From: Candidatus Latescibacterota bacterium
GTDB lineage: Bacteria > Latescibacterota > UBA2968 > UBA8231
Direction: 5' to 3'
Length of the DNA: 64,000 nt
Assembly: GCA_965215195.1 (NCBI GenBank)
Contig: CBDCDC010000002.1
Span: forward strand, 1,600,001-1,664,000
The position numbers and the translations under genes are program-made. Below, piece after piece: positions 27,574 through 37,972 of the stretch. Position 1 is the first letter of the stretch. The number at the start of each line of letters is the position of its first letter. The notes under the pieces are model-generated. The model was given only the letters and a program-made list of their open reading frames with translations, had not been told where the DNA came from and searched no databases.

Positions 27574-29042
27574 GGCCTAAAGCCGACAGCCCGGCTCAAT
27601 CTCTGCCAAGCCCTCCCCCCGCGTCGGAACGGCACGGACCACTCCCGGCAGCCGCGCTCCTTCGCATAGACGCCAACCAAGGTGCCGGTGGCCGCCCACC
27701 AAATGGCAGTGTACGGAAAAGCCCCGATGAGGGCATTGGGTTCCGCCATCGCAGCCATGAGGCCCGATACCACGATTAGTCCCAACGCGACAGCAACAAT
27801 CCGGTCTTCCGGGGCGGCGGCGCGGTTCGCAATCAGCCGAACCGCGATGCGTAGGATGAGTCCCACCATAATCGCAAACCAGAGCGGCGCGAGGATTCCA
27901 CTGTATGCCGCCCACTTGAGCCAAAGGTTGTGAATCTCGACTTCAGACTTATGCCTTCCCGCAACCAACACTTGCTTTAACCCATGTCCGTGCAAGGGCC
28001 GCTCGGCAATCCGTCTGAGGCCGGCTTTGTACCCGCTAATCCGGGTGGTACTGATAGAATCTATCTTGGCGCTGAACAAGACTTCATCCGCTGGAGTTGG
28101 CGACAACAGCCGGTCTAGTCCCAGATGTATGGGCGTCTTGGGCTGCACCCGTACAAGTGTCTCGCCAGTTGGCGACAACAGCCGGTCCAGTCCCAGATGT
28201 ATGGAGCATTTTCGGTCAAAGGAGGCCATCCCAACCACCACTATCCCTCCGGCAAGAACTGAGAGGGCCAACCGTCTCGATGTTCTCAGGAGAACTAATA
28301 AAATTAACGAAACCGCCGCTGCCAGTAAGCCGGTGCGTCCGCCGGCCACCAACTGGTTTCCAAGAAGGATGCCTGTCACCGCAACGCCAATCATAGTCGT
28401 ATAATGCCCTCGTCTCCAATGCGTCGCCGCGCCCATCAGGACGACGACGACGGGCAGGAAGAGGCTTAGGCTGATTGACCATTCCGATGGGATCAATCCG
28501 AACCCTGCGCTGTACTCCGGCCGCCACAACTGGCCACAGGGGTCAGTCCAATCCGGTATCTTGACGAGCGCAAGCACCAAGGCAACTGCGGATAGGGCCA
28601 TGATTATCACTAGGGCGCGGACGAAGATGACGGAGGCGTTTTCTCCCTGACGCGCCAGATAGTAGAAGCACCACATAAACCCCGCGGCGTACCCGATGTC
28701 CATGACGAACCGGACGACGAGGGCCATCTCTCGGGCTTGGACCAGCCCCGGGGCCGAAAGGAGGATAAGAGCCAAAAACCCCGCCGGCCCCAGCACCCCC
28801 GCCGGCAGCCGCAGCCGGCCCGACCACAGCGGCGGAACCAACACAACCGCTACCCCCGCTACCGCCAGCGCACCCTTGAACAGGCGCAGATACTCGTCGC
28901 CAAGGCCCGGTAGGTGATAGACCGGAGCCAACCCCAGATAAAAGCTGACCAGCCAAGTGTGCCGATGGCGGTTCGCGAACAACGAGAGGGGAGAGCACTT
29001 GGTAGAGCCTGTTTCAGGCGATTTTCTGTTTGTGTCCGGCAA
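27570..29042 (-). CDS. O-antigen ligase family protein (paralog A)
   Basis: GGRTG, ERPLHGHG, HNLWL; internal duplicated IHLGLDRLLSPT. Confidence 0.85.
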   Translation of the reverse strand: MPDTNRKSPETGSTKCSPLSLFANRHRHTWLVSFYLGLAPVYHLPGLGDEYLRLFKGALAVAGVAVVLVPPLWSGRLRLPAGVLGPAGFLALILLSAPGLVQAREMALVVRFVMDIGYAAGFMWCFYYLARQGENASVIFVRALVIIMALSAVALVLALVKIPDWTDPCGQLWRPEYSAGFGLIPSEWSISLSLFLPVVVVLMGAATHWRRGHYTTMIGVAVTGILLGNQLVAGGRTGLLAAAVSLILLVLLRTSRRLALSVLAGGIVVVGMASFDRKCSIHLGLDRLLSPTGETLVRVQPKTPIHLGLDRLLSPTPADEVLFSAKIDSISTTRISGYKAGLRRIAERPLHGHGLKQVLVAGRHKSEVEIHNLWLKWAAYSGILAPLWFAIMVGLILRIAVRLIANRAAAPEDRIVAVALGLIVVSGLMAAMAEPNALIGAFPYTAIWWAATGTLVGVYAKERGCREWSVPFRRGGRAWQRLSRAVGFRP

Positions 29043-29463
29043 CTATCTTCAATCGCTTGGAACTGCACTGTGAGAATATGTTGTACATTTCGTACATTAA
29101 GACGGGTGCTACGTCAAGGGGCTTGCTCCATGACTCGCTATCTCCTATTATATGGGTCATCGTGGAACGCACATCTTTTTGGTGACCAACCGCATCCTTA
29201 GACACCCCCACTCAGCGCACCGTCGGATTGGCTTGGCCGCATTGGCCGTAGGCCCTGCATGGGCGTTGGGACAACGCAAATTCTTCAACGCTAGTAGCAC
29301 TAGTCTTAACCACTCTGAGATAATCTCACGTTAGGACGATTTAGATATTGCGGTATGAATCAATAATTTTTATAATTGTCAACAATCTCAATTCATTTGG
29401 TGCGACGACCGCGCCAGGCTTATCGGCTCTTATTGATAGGGCCTTTTCTAAAGGAGATGAGTA

Positions 29464-32400
29464 ATGATACACGTGAAGTCGTTCGTGAGGCACTGGGCTT
29501 GTGGCTCTTGGTTGCTAGCCGCTGGTTTGGTGTTGGGGTGGGCCGGTGAGGTGGCGGCGAAGATTACCCTATCGGTGGACAAACCTAGGGTGCGCGAGGA
29601 GGCTGGTGCGACCACGATCACGGTGACAGCCACAATAGACCCTAAGGATGCGAATAACGATACTTATGTGGTCTTGCGTCTCGAATCGACTGATGATGTC
29701 GGGATGGCTACTACTGATTGGGAAACGCGCACAGATGATTGGAAAGACTGGTACGATAGTCGCGCCCAGCTCAATGAGCGCTTCACCATAACGCTGCCGA
29801 CTATCGTGATTCCTAAGAACACGGATAAGGGGACGGCGACGCTCATCCTCACCCCTAAGAACAATGGTGACCGCGGTTTCCATAATACTTATGATGAGTT
29901 CACCATTCCTAAAGCGGTCAAGGAGGCTTATGCTTCAGGGGGGGATGACGAAGGGAGGAATAGCAAGGGCTTCCACTTAGACCCCTACCCCGATCTTCTG
30001 GTCCGAATCGGGGGCACTGTCGGTGGAAATACCGTCGAGGGGACGGAGATTGACGTCATTGACGACGAAAGGTTAAGCGGTGTGTTGGACCTTTCGTTTG
30101 ATCCGCCCTCTCTAAGCAAGGAGGCGGGTCCGACCTCTGTCACTGTGACAGCAACCTTGCATGGACACACTATAGGCACGGACGAGACTTTTAACTTGGT
30201 TGTAGCCAATCCCGCTGAATTTAGCGAAGGAGATCTCGACGATGCTGGGCTTGATGAAAAGACTCCCGCAGACATATTGAAGCGCGATTCGGAATACTCA
30301 ACGCAGGGGACCACTCTAACCCTTCGCAAGAGGCAGGTGACGGCAACGGCGACGGTTACTATCGATCCCAAAGGCAAACCTGGCTTTATCGCGTTTCAGG
30401 GGGCTGCGCCGCCTGAACCCAAAGGCATTGACCTCAACCGCGATGGTGATAACAATGACGAGATTGCTCTTCATGTGGCAGGGTCTGGCAAAGTTAAGCT
30501 CACTGAAGCAGGCCTAGGCTGCGACGCCGAAGAGGACACCCCCGAACACGACGTCAACTTTGATGGCGATTGCCTTGACGTTATTAGGGAGGCGAGAGCC
30601 GGCATTGACCTAAACGGTGATGGGACTATTGACCCACCTTCGTCAGCGAAGTATGAGCTATGGCCGACTGAAGAAGCGGCGCGGGAAGCCTTGGATTTGG
30701 TGTTGGAGGACGGGGAGACAGCGGAGGATAAGCCGTTGGTTCTCGATGAAGGCGAGTTGAAATACAAGGTTACAATTAATCCCTTTTTCTTCGAGATAAA
30801 GGACACCCCTCTTGCTGCTGTTAAAGACGACGGGCTGACCGCTTCTCCTGCGTCGATCCGCGAGGAGGCGGGGCGACAGGAAATCACCCTGAAAGTTACC
30901 TTGAAGGCTGCTCTCTTGGATGATGCGGGCGTGTCGTTCACGATTGAGGCGGGCACCGGGACGCGCGATGTACATTACACGGTGTCCGTGGCTGATCTCA
31001 CCATTCCGGCCGGCGCGACCGAGGGGACGACGACGCTCACCCTCACCCCCACGAACAACTCGGCGGCGGACGGTGAGAAGAGTTTCACGGTGGTCGCCGA
31101 AGTCGGACCTGACAAGACTCAGGCGAGAGCACTGATCACTATTGTCGATGACGAGACCCTGACCGAAGAAATAATGCTGGCGGTCAGTCCCGGTGAGATC
31201 AAGGCAGGCACGGGTGAAAATATCGTTACGGTGACCGGCACCTTAGACGGCCAAGTCTTCGACGAGGACGTGAGGGTGGACTTGATCGTTACTCGGGATA
31301 CGGATGCCAATGGCGCAGTGAATGATGATGATAAAGCGGCGCAGCGCGATACCGACTACACGGCTGTCCTGCGTCCGTTGACGATTCCGGCCGGGGAGGT
31401 CGAAGGCTCGACGACGGTCTCCATTACCCCCATCAACGGCGGGGATAAGAAGGTTGGCCTGACGGCGCTGGAAAGTCCCGTCAGAAATGCCGATGACGAA
31501 GCCGTCAAGGTCAGCACGGAGTCGGTGGTGCTGAAAGATGCGGATCCGGACGCTGAGGTGCCGGACCCGAGTGCCCTTAGTTTCGGCGACATTGACCTGT
31601 CGTCCACCCTCTTTGAGGGCACGGTGGGCACGGCGCTTGATCCTATCGAACTGCCGGAAGCTGAGGGCGGCACGGGATCCCTGAGCTACACGGTGTCGTC
31701 CAACCTGCCGGCGGGTCTGTCGTTTGACGCGGCCACGCGGACGATTTCGGGTACGCCGACAGCGACGACGACCGGCACAGCTTCGCTCATCTACACAGTC
31801 CTCGACAGCGACCCAGCGGGTGCCAATAGCGCGGCCATGATCGTCACCATTGAGATCGGCACCGCGCTGCCGCCGACGGTAGAGGTTGCGAGGGTGGCCT
31901 CGACGCATTCATCGGTGCGCGAGAACGGGGAGCCGACGATCATCACCCTGACGGCGACCTTGGCGTCCGCCTCGGCCACAGACGAGACCGTTAGCTTCAC
32001 GATTGGTGCGCCCAGCGCCGGTGCGTTGGCCTTGCGCGATGTGGACTACACCGCGGTTCTTGGGGGCGTCGTCACCATTGCCGCTGGCGAGACTCAAGGG
32101 ACGACGACGCTGATCCTGACGCCGCTGGACAACGCGTCGGTAGATGGCAATAAGTACTTGGGTGTGCAGGCGACGACGTCTGGGGGTTCGGCGCAGACGG
32201 ACATCAAGATCGCCGACGACGAAACCCCGAGTACGACCATCTCGCTGTCGGTATCGCCGCACATGGTCAGCGAAGCCGCCGGGGTAACCTCTCTTACGAT
32301 AACGGCTACGTTGGACGGCAAGGCGTTGGACGAGGCCGCGACGGTATCCGTCTCCATTGATGGTGGTTCGGTTGCCACGCGCGATGTGGATTACTCGGCA

Positions 32401-33477
32401 CTGTTCAATCCGCTGCTCGTGATTCCGGCTGGCGAAACGTCGGGTTCAATTGCCTTGCTGATTGATCCCACCGCCGATGGCGAGGATGAGGGCGACGAGA
32501 CGATCACGCTCAACGGGGCGATTGCCGGCTTGAACGGCGGATCGGCCGATATCACGCTGTCCGACGCCGAAGCAGTGGCCCCAGAACCTGAACCGACGCC
32601 CTTGGCCTTTGCCGACGGGGCTTCGGTTGCGGACGTGATGTCCACGGCTGGCACGGCGATTGATCCTATCGAACTGCCGGCTGTGTTGGACGGCACGGGC
32701 GAGGGCGATGTTGCATATAGCGTCTCCGAACTGCCGGCGGGCTTGGCGTTTGACGCGGCCACGCGGATGCTGTCGGGAGAGCCGGCCGAGGTGAGCGAGA
32801 AGACGGTGGTCGAAGTTACGTACACGGCGACCGATAGCGAAGGTGCTACCGCCACTTTGACCTTCTCTATCACGGTCAACCCGGCGTTGAGTTTTGGCGA
32901 CTTTTTCGGCCAGTTCGATGCGGCCGGCAAGGTCATTCCCACGGACTCGCACGACGGAGTTGACATCCGCGAATTCGTCGTTGGCCAGCGGGTAGAGGCG
33001 GTGCTCCCAGAGGCCACAGGCGGCACCTCGCCGCATACGTACAGCCTTTCGCCGGCCCTGCCGGCGGGGCTGACGTTTGACGCGGCCACGCGGACGATTG
33101 CGGGTACGCCGATGGCCGCGGGCGAATCCGTCTATACATACACGGTTACGGACGCCAACGGCGCGAGCGCATCGCTAGCGTTGCAGACGCTGCCGGCCGC
33201 ATTCACGTTGGCGGACAACTTTCCGAATCCTTTCAACCCGGAGACGACCATCCACTACGCGCTGCCGCAAGCGGCGAACGTGGAGCTGACCGTGTATAAT
33301 GTAGTAGGTCAGCCAGTGCGGACGCTAGTGGCCGAGCATCAGAACGCGGGTCGCTACGTGGTGGAGTGGGACGCGACCAACGATAGCGGGCACAGCTTGT
33401 CGTCGGGGATGTATTTCTACCGCCTGCAGGCTGGGGACGAGTTCCACGCAATTAAGAAGATGCTGCTGCTCAAGTAA
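29464..33477 (+). CDS. Large secreted Ig/Calx-beta-like repeat protein with three He_PIG-like domains and a type-A T9SS-like/FlgD C-terminal domain
   Basis: AAGGAG RBS, signal peptide, repeated RD.DYT..L.IPAG units, three LPAGL.FDAATR units, C-terminal NFPNPFNPETTI...YNVVGQ.VR...WDATN..G..LSSGMYFYRL...KKMLLLK. Confidence 0.85.
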   Translation: MIHVKSFVRHWACGSWLLAAGLVLGWAGEVAAKITLSVDKPRVREEAGATTITVTATIDPKDANNDTYVVLRLESTDDVGMATTDWETRTDDWKDWYDSRAQLNERFTITLPTIVIPKNTDKGTATLILTPKNNGDRGFHNTYDEFTIPKAVKEAYASGGDDEGRNSKGFHLDPYPDLLVRIGGTVGGNTVEGTEIDVIDDERLSGVLDLSFDPPSLSKEAGPTSVTVTATLHGHTIGTDETFNLVVANPAEFSEGDLDDAGLDEKTPADILKRDSEYSTQGTTLTLRKRQVTATATVTIDPKGKPGFIAFQGAAPPEPKGIDLNRDGDNNDEIALHVAGSGKVKLTEAGLGCDAEEDTPEHDVNFDGDCLDVIREARAGIDLNGDGTIDPPSSAKYELWPTEEAAREALDLVLEDGETAEDKPLVLDEGELKYKVTINPFFFEIKDTPLAAVKDDGLTASPASIREEAGRQEITLKVTLKAALLDDAGVSFTIEAGTGTRDVHYTVSVADLTIPAGATEGTTTLTLTPTNNSAADGEKSFTVVAEVGPDKTQARALITIVDDETLTEEIMLAVSPGEIKAGTGENIVTVTGTLDGQVFDEDVRVDLIVTRDTDANGAVNDDDKAAQRDTDYTAVLRPLTIPAGEVEGSTTVSITPINGGDKKVGLTALESPVRNADDEAVKVSTESVVLKDADPDAEVPDPSALSFGDIDLSSTLFEGTVGTALDPIELPEAEGGTGSLSYTVSSNLPAGLSFDAATRTISGTPTATTTGTASLIYTVLDSDPAGANSAAMIVTIEIGTALPPTVEVARVASTHSSVRENGEPTIITLTATLASASATDETVSFTIGAPSAGALALRDVDYTAVLGGVVTIAAGETQGTTTLILTPLDNASVDGNKYLGVQATTSGGSAQTDIKIADDETPSTTISLSVSPHMVSEAAGVTSLTITATLDGKALDEAATVSVSIDGGSVATRDVDYSALFNPLLVIPAGETSGSIALLIDPTADGEDEGDETITLNGAIAGLNGGSADITLSDAEAVAPEPEPTPLAFADGASVADVMSTAGTAIDPIELPAVLDGTGEGDVAYSVSELPAGLAFDAATRMLSGEPAEVSEKTVVEVTYTATDSEGATATLTFSITVNPALSFGDFFGQFDAAGKVIPTDSHDGVDIREFVVGQRVEAVLPEATGGTSPHTYSLSPALPAGLTFDAATRTIAGTPMAAGESVYTYTVTDANGASASLALQTLPAAFTLADNFPNPFNPETTIHYALPQAANVELTVYNVVGQPVRTLVAEHQNAGRYVVEWDATNDSGHSLSSGMYFYRLQAGDEFHAIKKMLLLK

Positions 33478-33505
33478 GTAAGCACCCACTCCATAGCGAG
33501 TTAGT

Positions 33506-33540
33506 GAAATGGGGCCTCTGTTTGCGAGAGGCCCCATTTC
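33506..33540. terminator. Intrinsic terminator between convergent genes
   Basis: gaaatggggcctct-gtttgcg-agaggccccatttc, a 14-bp stem. Confidence 0.8.
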
Positions 33541-33550
33541 CTATGTACTT

Positions 33551-34051
33551 TTAGATCAGCTCGGCCTCGCAGCGGGGACACTGTTCCCACGCAGGCGATT
33601 CCACCGGCTTATCGCAATCCGGGCACAAGCCGAGTGGATGCTCGTCCTCGCGGCAGCGACGGCCGTTTTTGTAGGTAATGCGACGCCAGACCGTCTCGCC
33701 ATCAATGGCGTAAAAAGTCCAAATGCCCGTCTTGCGCCCGTCTGTGCTCTTGCCGCGGTATTCGTTGAATTGTCCGGTCTGTTTCCGGTTGCCGTTTTCA
33801 TAATAGGACACATGGTCGCCAGTGAGTTGGTTTTCTCGGTAGTAATTGATACTGGCGGGCTGGCCGTTTCTGTGGTACTCGACCCATTGGCCCGTCTTTT
33901 TGCCCATGTCGAAAGAACCTTCGCGCCGCTTGCCGCCATCGGCGTAGTACAGCACCGAGGGACCGTGTTTTTTGCCGTTTTTGTACTCGACGTCTTCGAG
34001 ATGGCTGGCCATGATTTCCTCCGTATTAATCGGCCAATACTGTGCGGACAT
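33551..34051 (-). CDS. MORN-variant repeat (YwqK-like) protein with C-terminal zinc ribbon
   Basis: YKNGKKHG..YY.DG, GKKTG.W..YH.NG repeats; CPDC-x10-CPRC. Confidence 0.78.
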   Translation of the reverse strand: MSAQYWPINTEEIMASHLEDVEYKNGKKHGPSVLYYADGGKRREGSFDMGKKTGQWVEYHRNGQPASINYYRENQLTGDHVSYYENGNRKQTGQFNEYRGKSTDGRKTGIWTFYAIDGETVWRRITYKNGRRCREDEHPLGLCPDCDKPVESPAWEQCPRCEAELI

Positions 34052-34126
34052 CTGATCCGTCTTAGAGCGAAAGAGACACGCTATGCAATTGAACCGCGAT
34101 CAATTCTGGGAGAAGGGTTTCTCGTC

Positions 34127-35023
34127 TCAGGGGGGATTTATCAGCCCGATGGCATCCAAGACGGCACCTATCTTCTCCACCTCCTCGTCTGTGGCCGTGA
34201 CCATGGGCGGGCGCAACCAGCGCGAGGCAATGCCGTTGAGTTCAAGCGCGGTGCGCCACACAGCCTGGCCGCCGCCTAGTACATCGGTGGCCACTCCCCA
34301 GAAGGGTTCTTCGATTTGGGTGATGATGGTCTGAGCCGTTTTGGCGTCGCCATCTTGGAAGGCCCGCCAGTAGCTTTGTGCTACGTGGGGAGCAAACGAA
34401 GATGGATAGCAAAAGAAGGCGCGGATGCCGCAGGGCCATTGTGCAAAATTACGCCATAGGCCCCCGCCGGTCATGAACTTCCACCGATCGCCATAGCGAT
34501 GCACAGTCGCCTTCGCGTATTCGAGTGTGCCGTCTTCTTTGAAGGTACAGATATTGGGCGCGTCGAGTAGCGCGTCGAGGATTTCATAGGAAGGACATCC
34601 CACCAACATCAAGGGCATGACTTGGGCTACTTTGCGGTATTGGACGACCTTGCCTTGCGGCTGGGCTTGTTCCGACGGCAGCACCATCAGCGCGTCGGCC
34701 CCCCAACTGCGGCAATACTCGGCGAATTGGACCGCCCGGTCGTCTGGCCAGCGCCGAGTAGCCGCCACAGCCAACGCCCGTCCGGCGACCCGATCGACCA
34801 AGAAGCGAGTGAGCTGGGCGACCTCTTCGTCGCTGAGGAACTCGAACTGGCTATCCCCGTATGTCAGCAAGCTGACCCTACTGCCGCTTGCGATGCCAAT
34901 GTCGATTATGCTACCGATGCCCTCCCAGTCTAGCTGGCCGTTGGGCAAAAAAGTGGTGGGGATGGAATTGACCGGACCTTCGAGTAAGTTTTTGATCTCG
35001 TCCGGCGTCTTGGCTGATGGCAT
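34127..35023 (-). CDS. Dihydrodipicolinate synthase-family (class I aldolase) protein
   Basis: PT.F..NG.LD, GADALMVLP, Schiff-base Lys in FKEDG, RPP near the C-terminus. Confidence 0.8.
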   Translation of the reverse strand: MPSAKTPDEIKNLLEGPVNSIPTTFLPNGQLDWEGIGSIIDIGIASGSRVSLLTYGDSQFEFLSDEEVAQLTRFLVDRVAGRALAVAATRRWPDDRAVQFAEYCRSWGADALMVLPSEQAQPQGKVVQYRKVAQVMPLMLVGCPSYEILDALLDAPNICTFKEDGTLEYAKATVHRYGDRWKFMTGGGLWRNFAQWPCGIRAFFCYPSSFAPHVAQSYWRAFQDGDAKTAQTIITQIEEPFWGVATDVLGGGQAVWRTALELNGIASRWLRPPMVTATDEEVEKIGAVLDAIGLINPP

Positions 35024-35183
35024 GGCGCACTCCTTTTGCGAATAAAGGTAGAGGAAAACTCCAGTATCCTCCAGCCTAGCCCTCCCAAGCAGGCATTGCC
35101 CAGAGCACCGCGAGATACCAGATTATGCAATGGCCTCGCGCCGCTCGCACAATACCACCCAACCACCGCTGTTAGCTAAAAAC

Positions 35184-36467
35184 ATGAATGCCGATTCGCT
35201 CGAAATACAACCCTTGCAAGAGCCACTCGACGCCATAGTCGCCGTGCCCGGTTCCAAAAGCTACACCAACCGGGCACTGCTGGTCGCAGCACTAGCCAAC
35301 GGGGAATCGCACCTTACGGATGCACTCTTTAGCGATGATACCGACTACATGGTCCAGTCGTTGCGCAAACTCGGCGTCTCCATAGAGGCCGATCCAAAGG
35401 CGGCCAGCTTTATGGTCACCGGCAACGGTGGACGGATCCCCGTCGATGGTGCCGAGCTGTACATTGGCAATTCGGGCACTACTTCGCGGTCAATCACGAG
35501 CTATGTCGCGCTCGGCAATGGGACCTTCATTATCGACGGCGACGCGCCCATGCGCCAGAGCCGACCGCTGGCCGACCTGCTTAACGCGCTCGGCCAGCTC
35601 GGTATCGATGCTCGCTCGCGCAATGGATACCTGCCAGTAGAGGTGCGGGCCAAGGGGTTCAGAGGCGGAAAAACCCAACTCAACGCCAGCAAAAGTAGCC
35701 AGTTTCTCACTTCGCTGCTGCTCGTCGCCCCTTACGCTGACAACGGCTTGGAAATCGAAATGATCGGCGAGTTCAAGACCGAATACATCGACATCACGAT
35801 GGCGGTAATGCAGGCATTTGGGATCGCGGTCAAGCACGACGATTACCGGCGCTTTCGCGTCGCCGGCAGCCAGCGTTATAAACCCCGCGCCTACGCCATT
35901 GAGCCGGATGCCTCCAACGCCTCGTATTTCTTTGCTGCCGCTGCGCTCAATGGCGGCCGGGTGCGCGTAGCCGATATTGCCGCCGACTCGGCTCAAGGCG
36001 ATATCCACTTCGTCGATGTGCTCGAGAAAATGGGATGCACGGTCAACCGCTATGCCCACGGAGTCGAAGTGATCGGGCCGGACCAACTCAGAGGAATAGA
36101 CATCGATATGAAGGCCATATCGGATACCTCGCTGACGCTGGCCGCGATCGCGCCCTTTGCCAAGGATCCAGTGCGCATCCGCAACATCGAACACACGCGC
36201 TGGCAGGAGACCGACCGGATTGCCGCCATGGTCGCCCAATTGCGTCGGCTCGGCGTAGAAGTAGAAGAACACAGAGATGGCGTTACTATCGCGCCGTCCA
36301 AGCCAAAAAGCAGCACCATCGATACCTATAAGGATCACCGAGTGGCTATGAGTTTTGCCCTAGTCGGATTGCGAGTGCCCGGAATCCGCATCAACGACCC
36401 AAGCTGCGTCGGCAAAACCTTTCCGACGTATTTCGACATCTGGAATCAAATAAGAGAATCGACGTAA
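35184..36467 (+). CDS. aroA: 3-phosphoshikimate 1-carboxyvinyltransferase (EPSP synthase)
   Basis: VPGSKSYTNRAL, GNSGTTSR, SSQFLTSLL, EPDASNASYF, QETDRI, YKDHRVAMSF, CVGKTFP. Confidence 0.97.
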   Translation: MNADSLEIQPLQEPLDAIVAVPGSKSYTNRALLVAALANGESHLTDALFSDDTDYMVQSLRKLGVSIEADPKAASFMVTGNGGRIPVDGAELYIGNSGTTSRSITSYVALGNGTFIIDGDAPMRQSRPLADLLNALGQLGIDARSRNGYLPVEVRAKGFRGGKTQLNASKSSQFLTSLLLVAPYADNGLEIEMIGEFKTEYIDITMAVMQAFGIAVKHDDYRRFRVAGSQRYKPRAYAIEPDASNASYFFAAAALNGGRVRVADIAADSAQGDIHFVDVLEKMGCTVNRYAHGVEVIGPDQLRGIDIDMKAISDTSLTLAAIAPFAKDPVRIRNIEHTRWQETDRIAAMVAQLRRLGVEVEEHRDGVTIAPSKPKSSTIDTYKDHRVAMSFALVGLRVPGIRINDPSCVGKTFPTYFDIWNQIREST

Positions 36468-36510
36468 GAAAGAAGGCGATACTAGTGAGGGGACGGTCGA
36501 CTCGAAACGC

Positions 36511-36550
36511 AGATGCCCTACCGGTAGATAAATCAACCGGTAGGGCATCT
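36511..36550. terminator. Intrinsic terminator between convergent aroA and DUF4159 genes
   Basis: agatgccctaccggt-N10-accggtagggcatct, a perfect 15-bp stem. Confidence 0.8.
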
Positions 36551-36573
36551 ACGACCTGCCGCTTAAAGGATGC

Positions 36574-37935
36574 TTATTGGGTGAATTGGGTCACATTGGC
36601 GATCCCACCCGGCTGGGTTAATGCATAGACGATTAGGTTGACCCCAAACTGTAGCCCGCGCTCTCGTGCATCGGCTAGCGGATCTCCCCAGTACCAGCTA
36701 ATATTTAGGTCGCTGAAGACCACTGCAACCCGACCACGCAGTTCCAGCATCTCCAAGTCAAAAACATTGCCAGCGGGTGCTCCGCCCATCGGCGGGCCAT
36801 CAGGGAAATCCCAGAAGCTGTAGTAAAGCGCGTGGCTCTTCGGCACTTTTTGCCACTTGGAGCCATCGCTACCCAGCACCAGCGGATGTTTCATCAGGGC
36901 CTTGAACTGGCGGTCAAACGGCGTACCCGAAACCCCGGCTTCCTTGCCTTCAAGCCCGTTCTCAGCGTCGCTTTGGCGAATCTCCTCGGCATAGAGAAAA
37001 CCACCGTTCTTGAGGTATTCGCCTAGGTTGGTCCTCTCTGTATTGCTGATTTGCAAGACAGCATCGTTGCCTGTCACGTAAAGCATGGGGGCATCCATGA
37101 TGCGCGGATCCGAAAACTCCAAGGTCGTGCCTTCAATTCGGGCATTGATTTGGGTATGGTCGCGCATATAGCGCATCAATTCCTCTACCGCAGTTGGGAA
37201 CCGATCGCGGTTCTTGTCTGCGATATCGTAGTCGATGACCGTCATGTTAAAGAAGCCGCGGATATTGCGTTTGTTGTCTGGATCCTGAATCAAGATCGCT
37301 TGGTAGCGGCCGATGTCCAAGTCGCCGACATTGAGCAATTCGTGCCTCAGACTCAGAGCCTCTTGCACCGGTGCCGACGTTTCAGCCAGTTCGATCATCG
37401 CAACCTCGTCGAAGGCTAACTCTTCGGCCTTGGCACCTGAGAAGGCACCCAAAACCTGCGTACCAGGCAAGACCGAGCTCAGGAGATCGCTACCTACCGC
37501 GCTAACATCGGCTATAGCAGAGATATCCTGCGGCAAATCCGGCGGTGCCATCGACTGTAGCATCTCCATCTGCACTTCGGATATCTCGGGACGCTTGGCT
37601 AAATCGAAGTTCTTTTCGAGAATCGGCGGAGGAGCGCGGAAGATGATTAGCTGCTCCTTTTTCTCTTCTTCGCCAATGCCAAAGAGATAATCATAAACGA
37701 AGACGCCAGCGTGAATGGCTACCGAGAGCACAAAGGCCACGCTCATGCTCAGCCGGCGGCCAGTGGTAGCCGTATATAGGGCGTATAACAGCACCCCGGC
37801 ACCCGCCAAACCAGCGGCGATCACCACCCACTTGGACAGGATGAAAAGCACATGAATGAGAAGGGCCGCGCCGACCGCTATATAGGCCGTTTTTTGGCGC
37901 TGGGCCTGTACTGCTTTTTTGTACTCGTCTACCAC
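36574..37935 (-). CDS. DUF4159-domain protein with TonB-like N-terminal membrane anchor
   Basis: TM helix LSVAIHAG (SxxxH), Pro/acidic linker, C-terminal PMLYVTG, L.EYL.NGGFL, H..Y.SF, GRVAVVFS, G.NLIVYALT. Confidence 0.75.
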   Translation of the reverse strand: MVDEYKKAVQAQRQKTAYIAVGAALLIHVLFILSKWVVIAAGLAGAGVLLYALYTATTGRRLSMSVAFVLSVAIHAGVFVYDYLFGIGEEEKKEQLIIFRAPPPILEKNFDLAKRPEISEVQMEMLQSMAPPDLPQDISAIADVSAVGSDLLSSVLPGTQVLGAFSGAKAEELAFDEVAMIELAETSAPVQEALSLRHELLNVGDLDIGRYQAILIQDPDNKRNIRGFFNMTVIDYDIADKNRDRFPTAVEELMRYMRDHTQINARIEGTTLEFSDPRIMDAPMLYVTGNDAVLQISNTERTNLGEYLKNGGFLYAEEIRQSDAENGLEGKEAGVSGTPFDRQFKALMKHPLVLGSDGSKWQKVPKSHALYYSFWDFPDGPPMGGAPAGNVFDLEMLELRGRVAVVFSDLNISWYWGDPLADARERGLQFGVNLIVYALTQPGGIANVTQFTQ

Positions 37936-37972
37936 AGTTCTTCCCCCTCTTGGAAGGGCCTAGAAACCTCAC

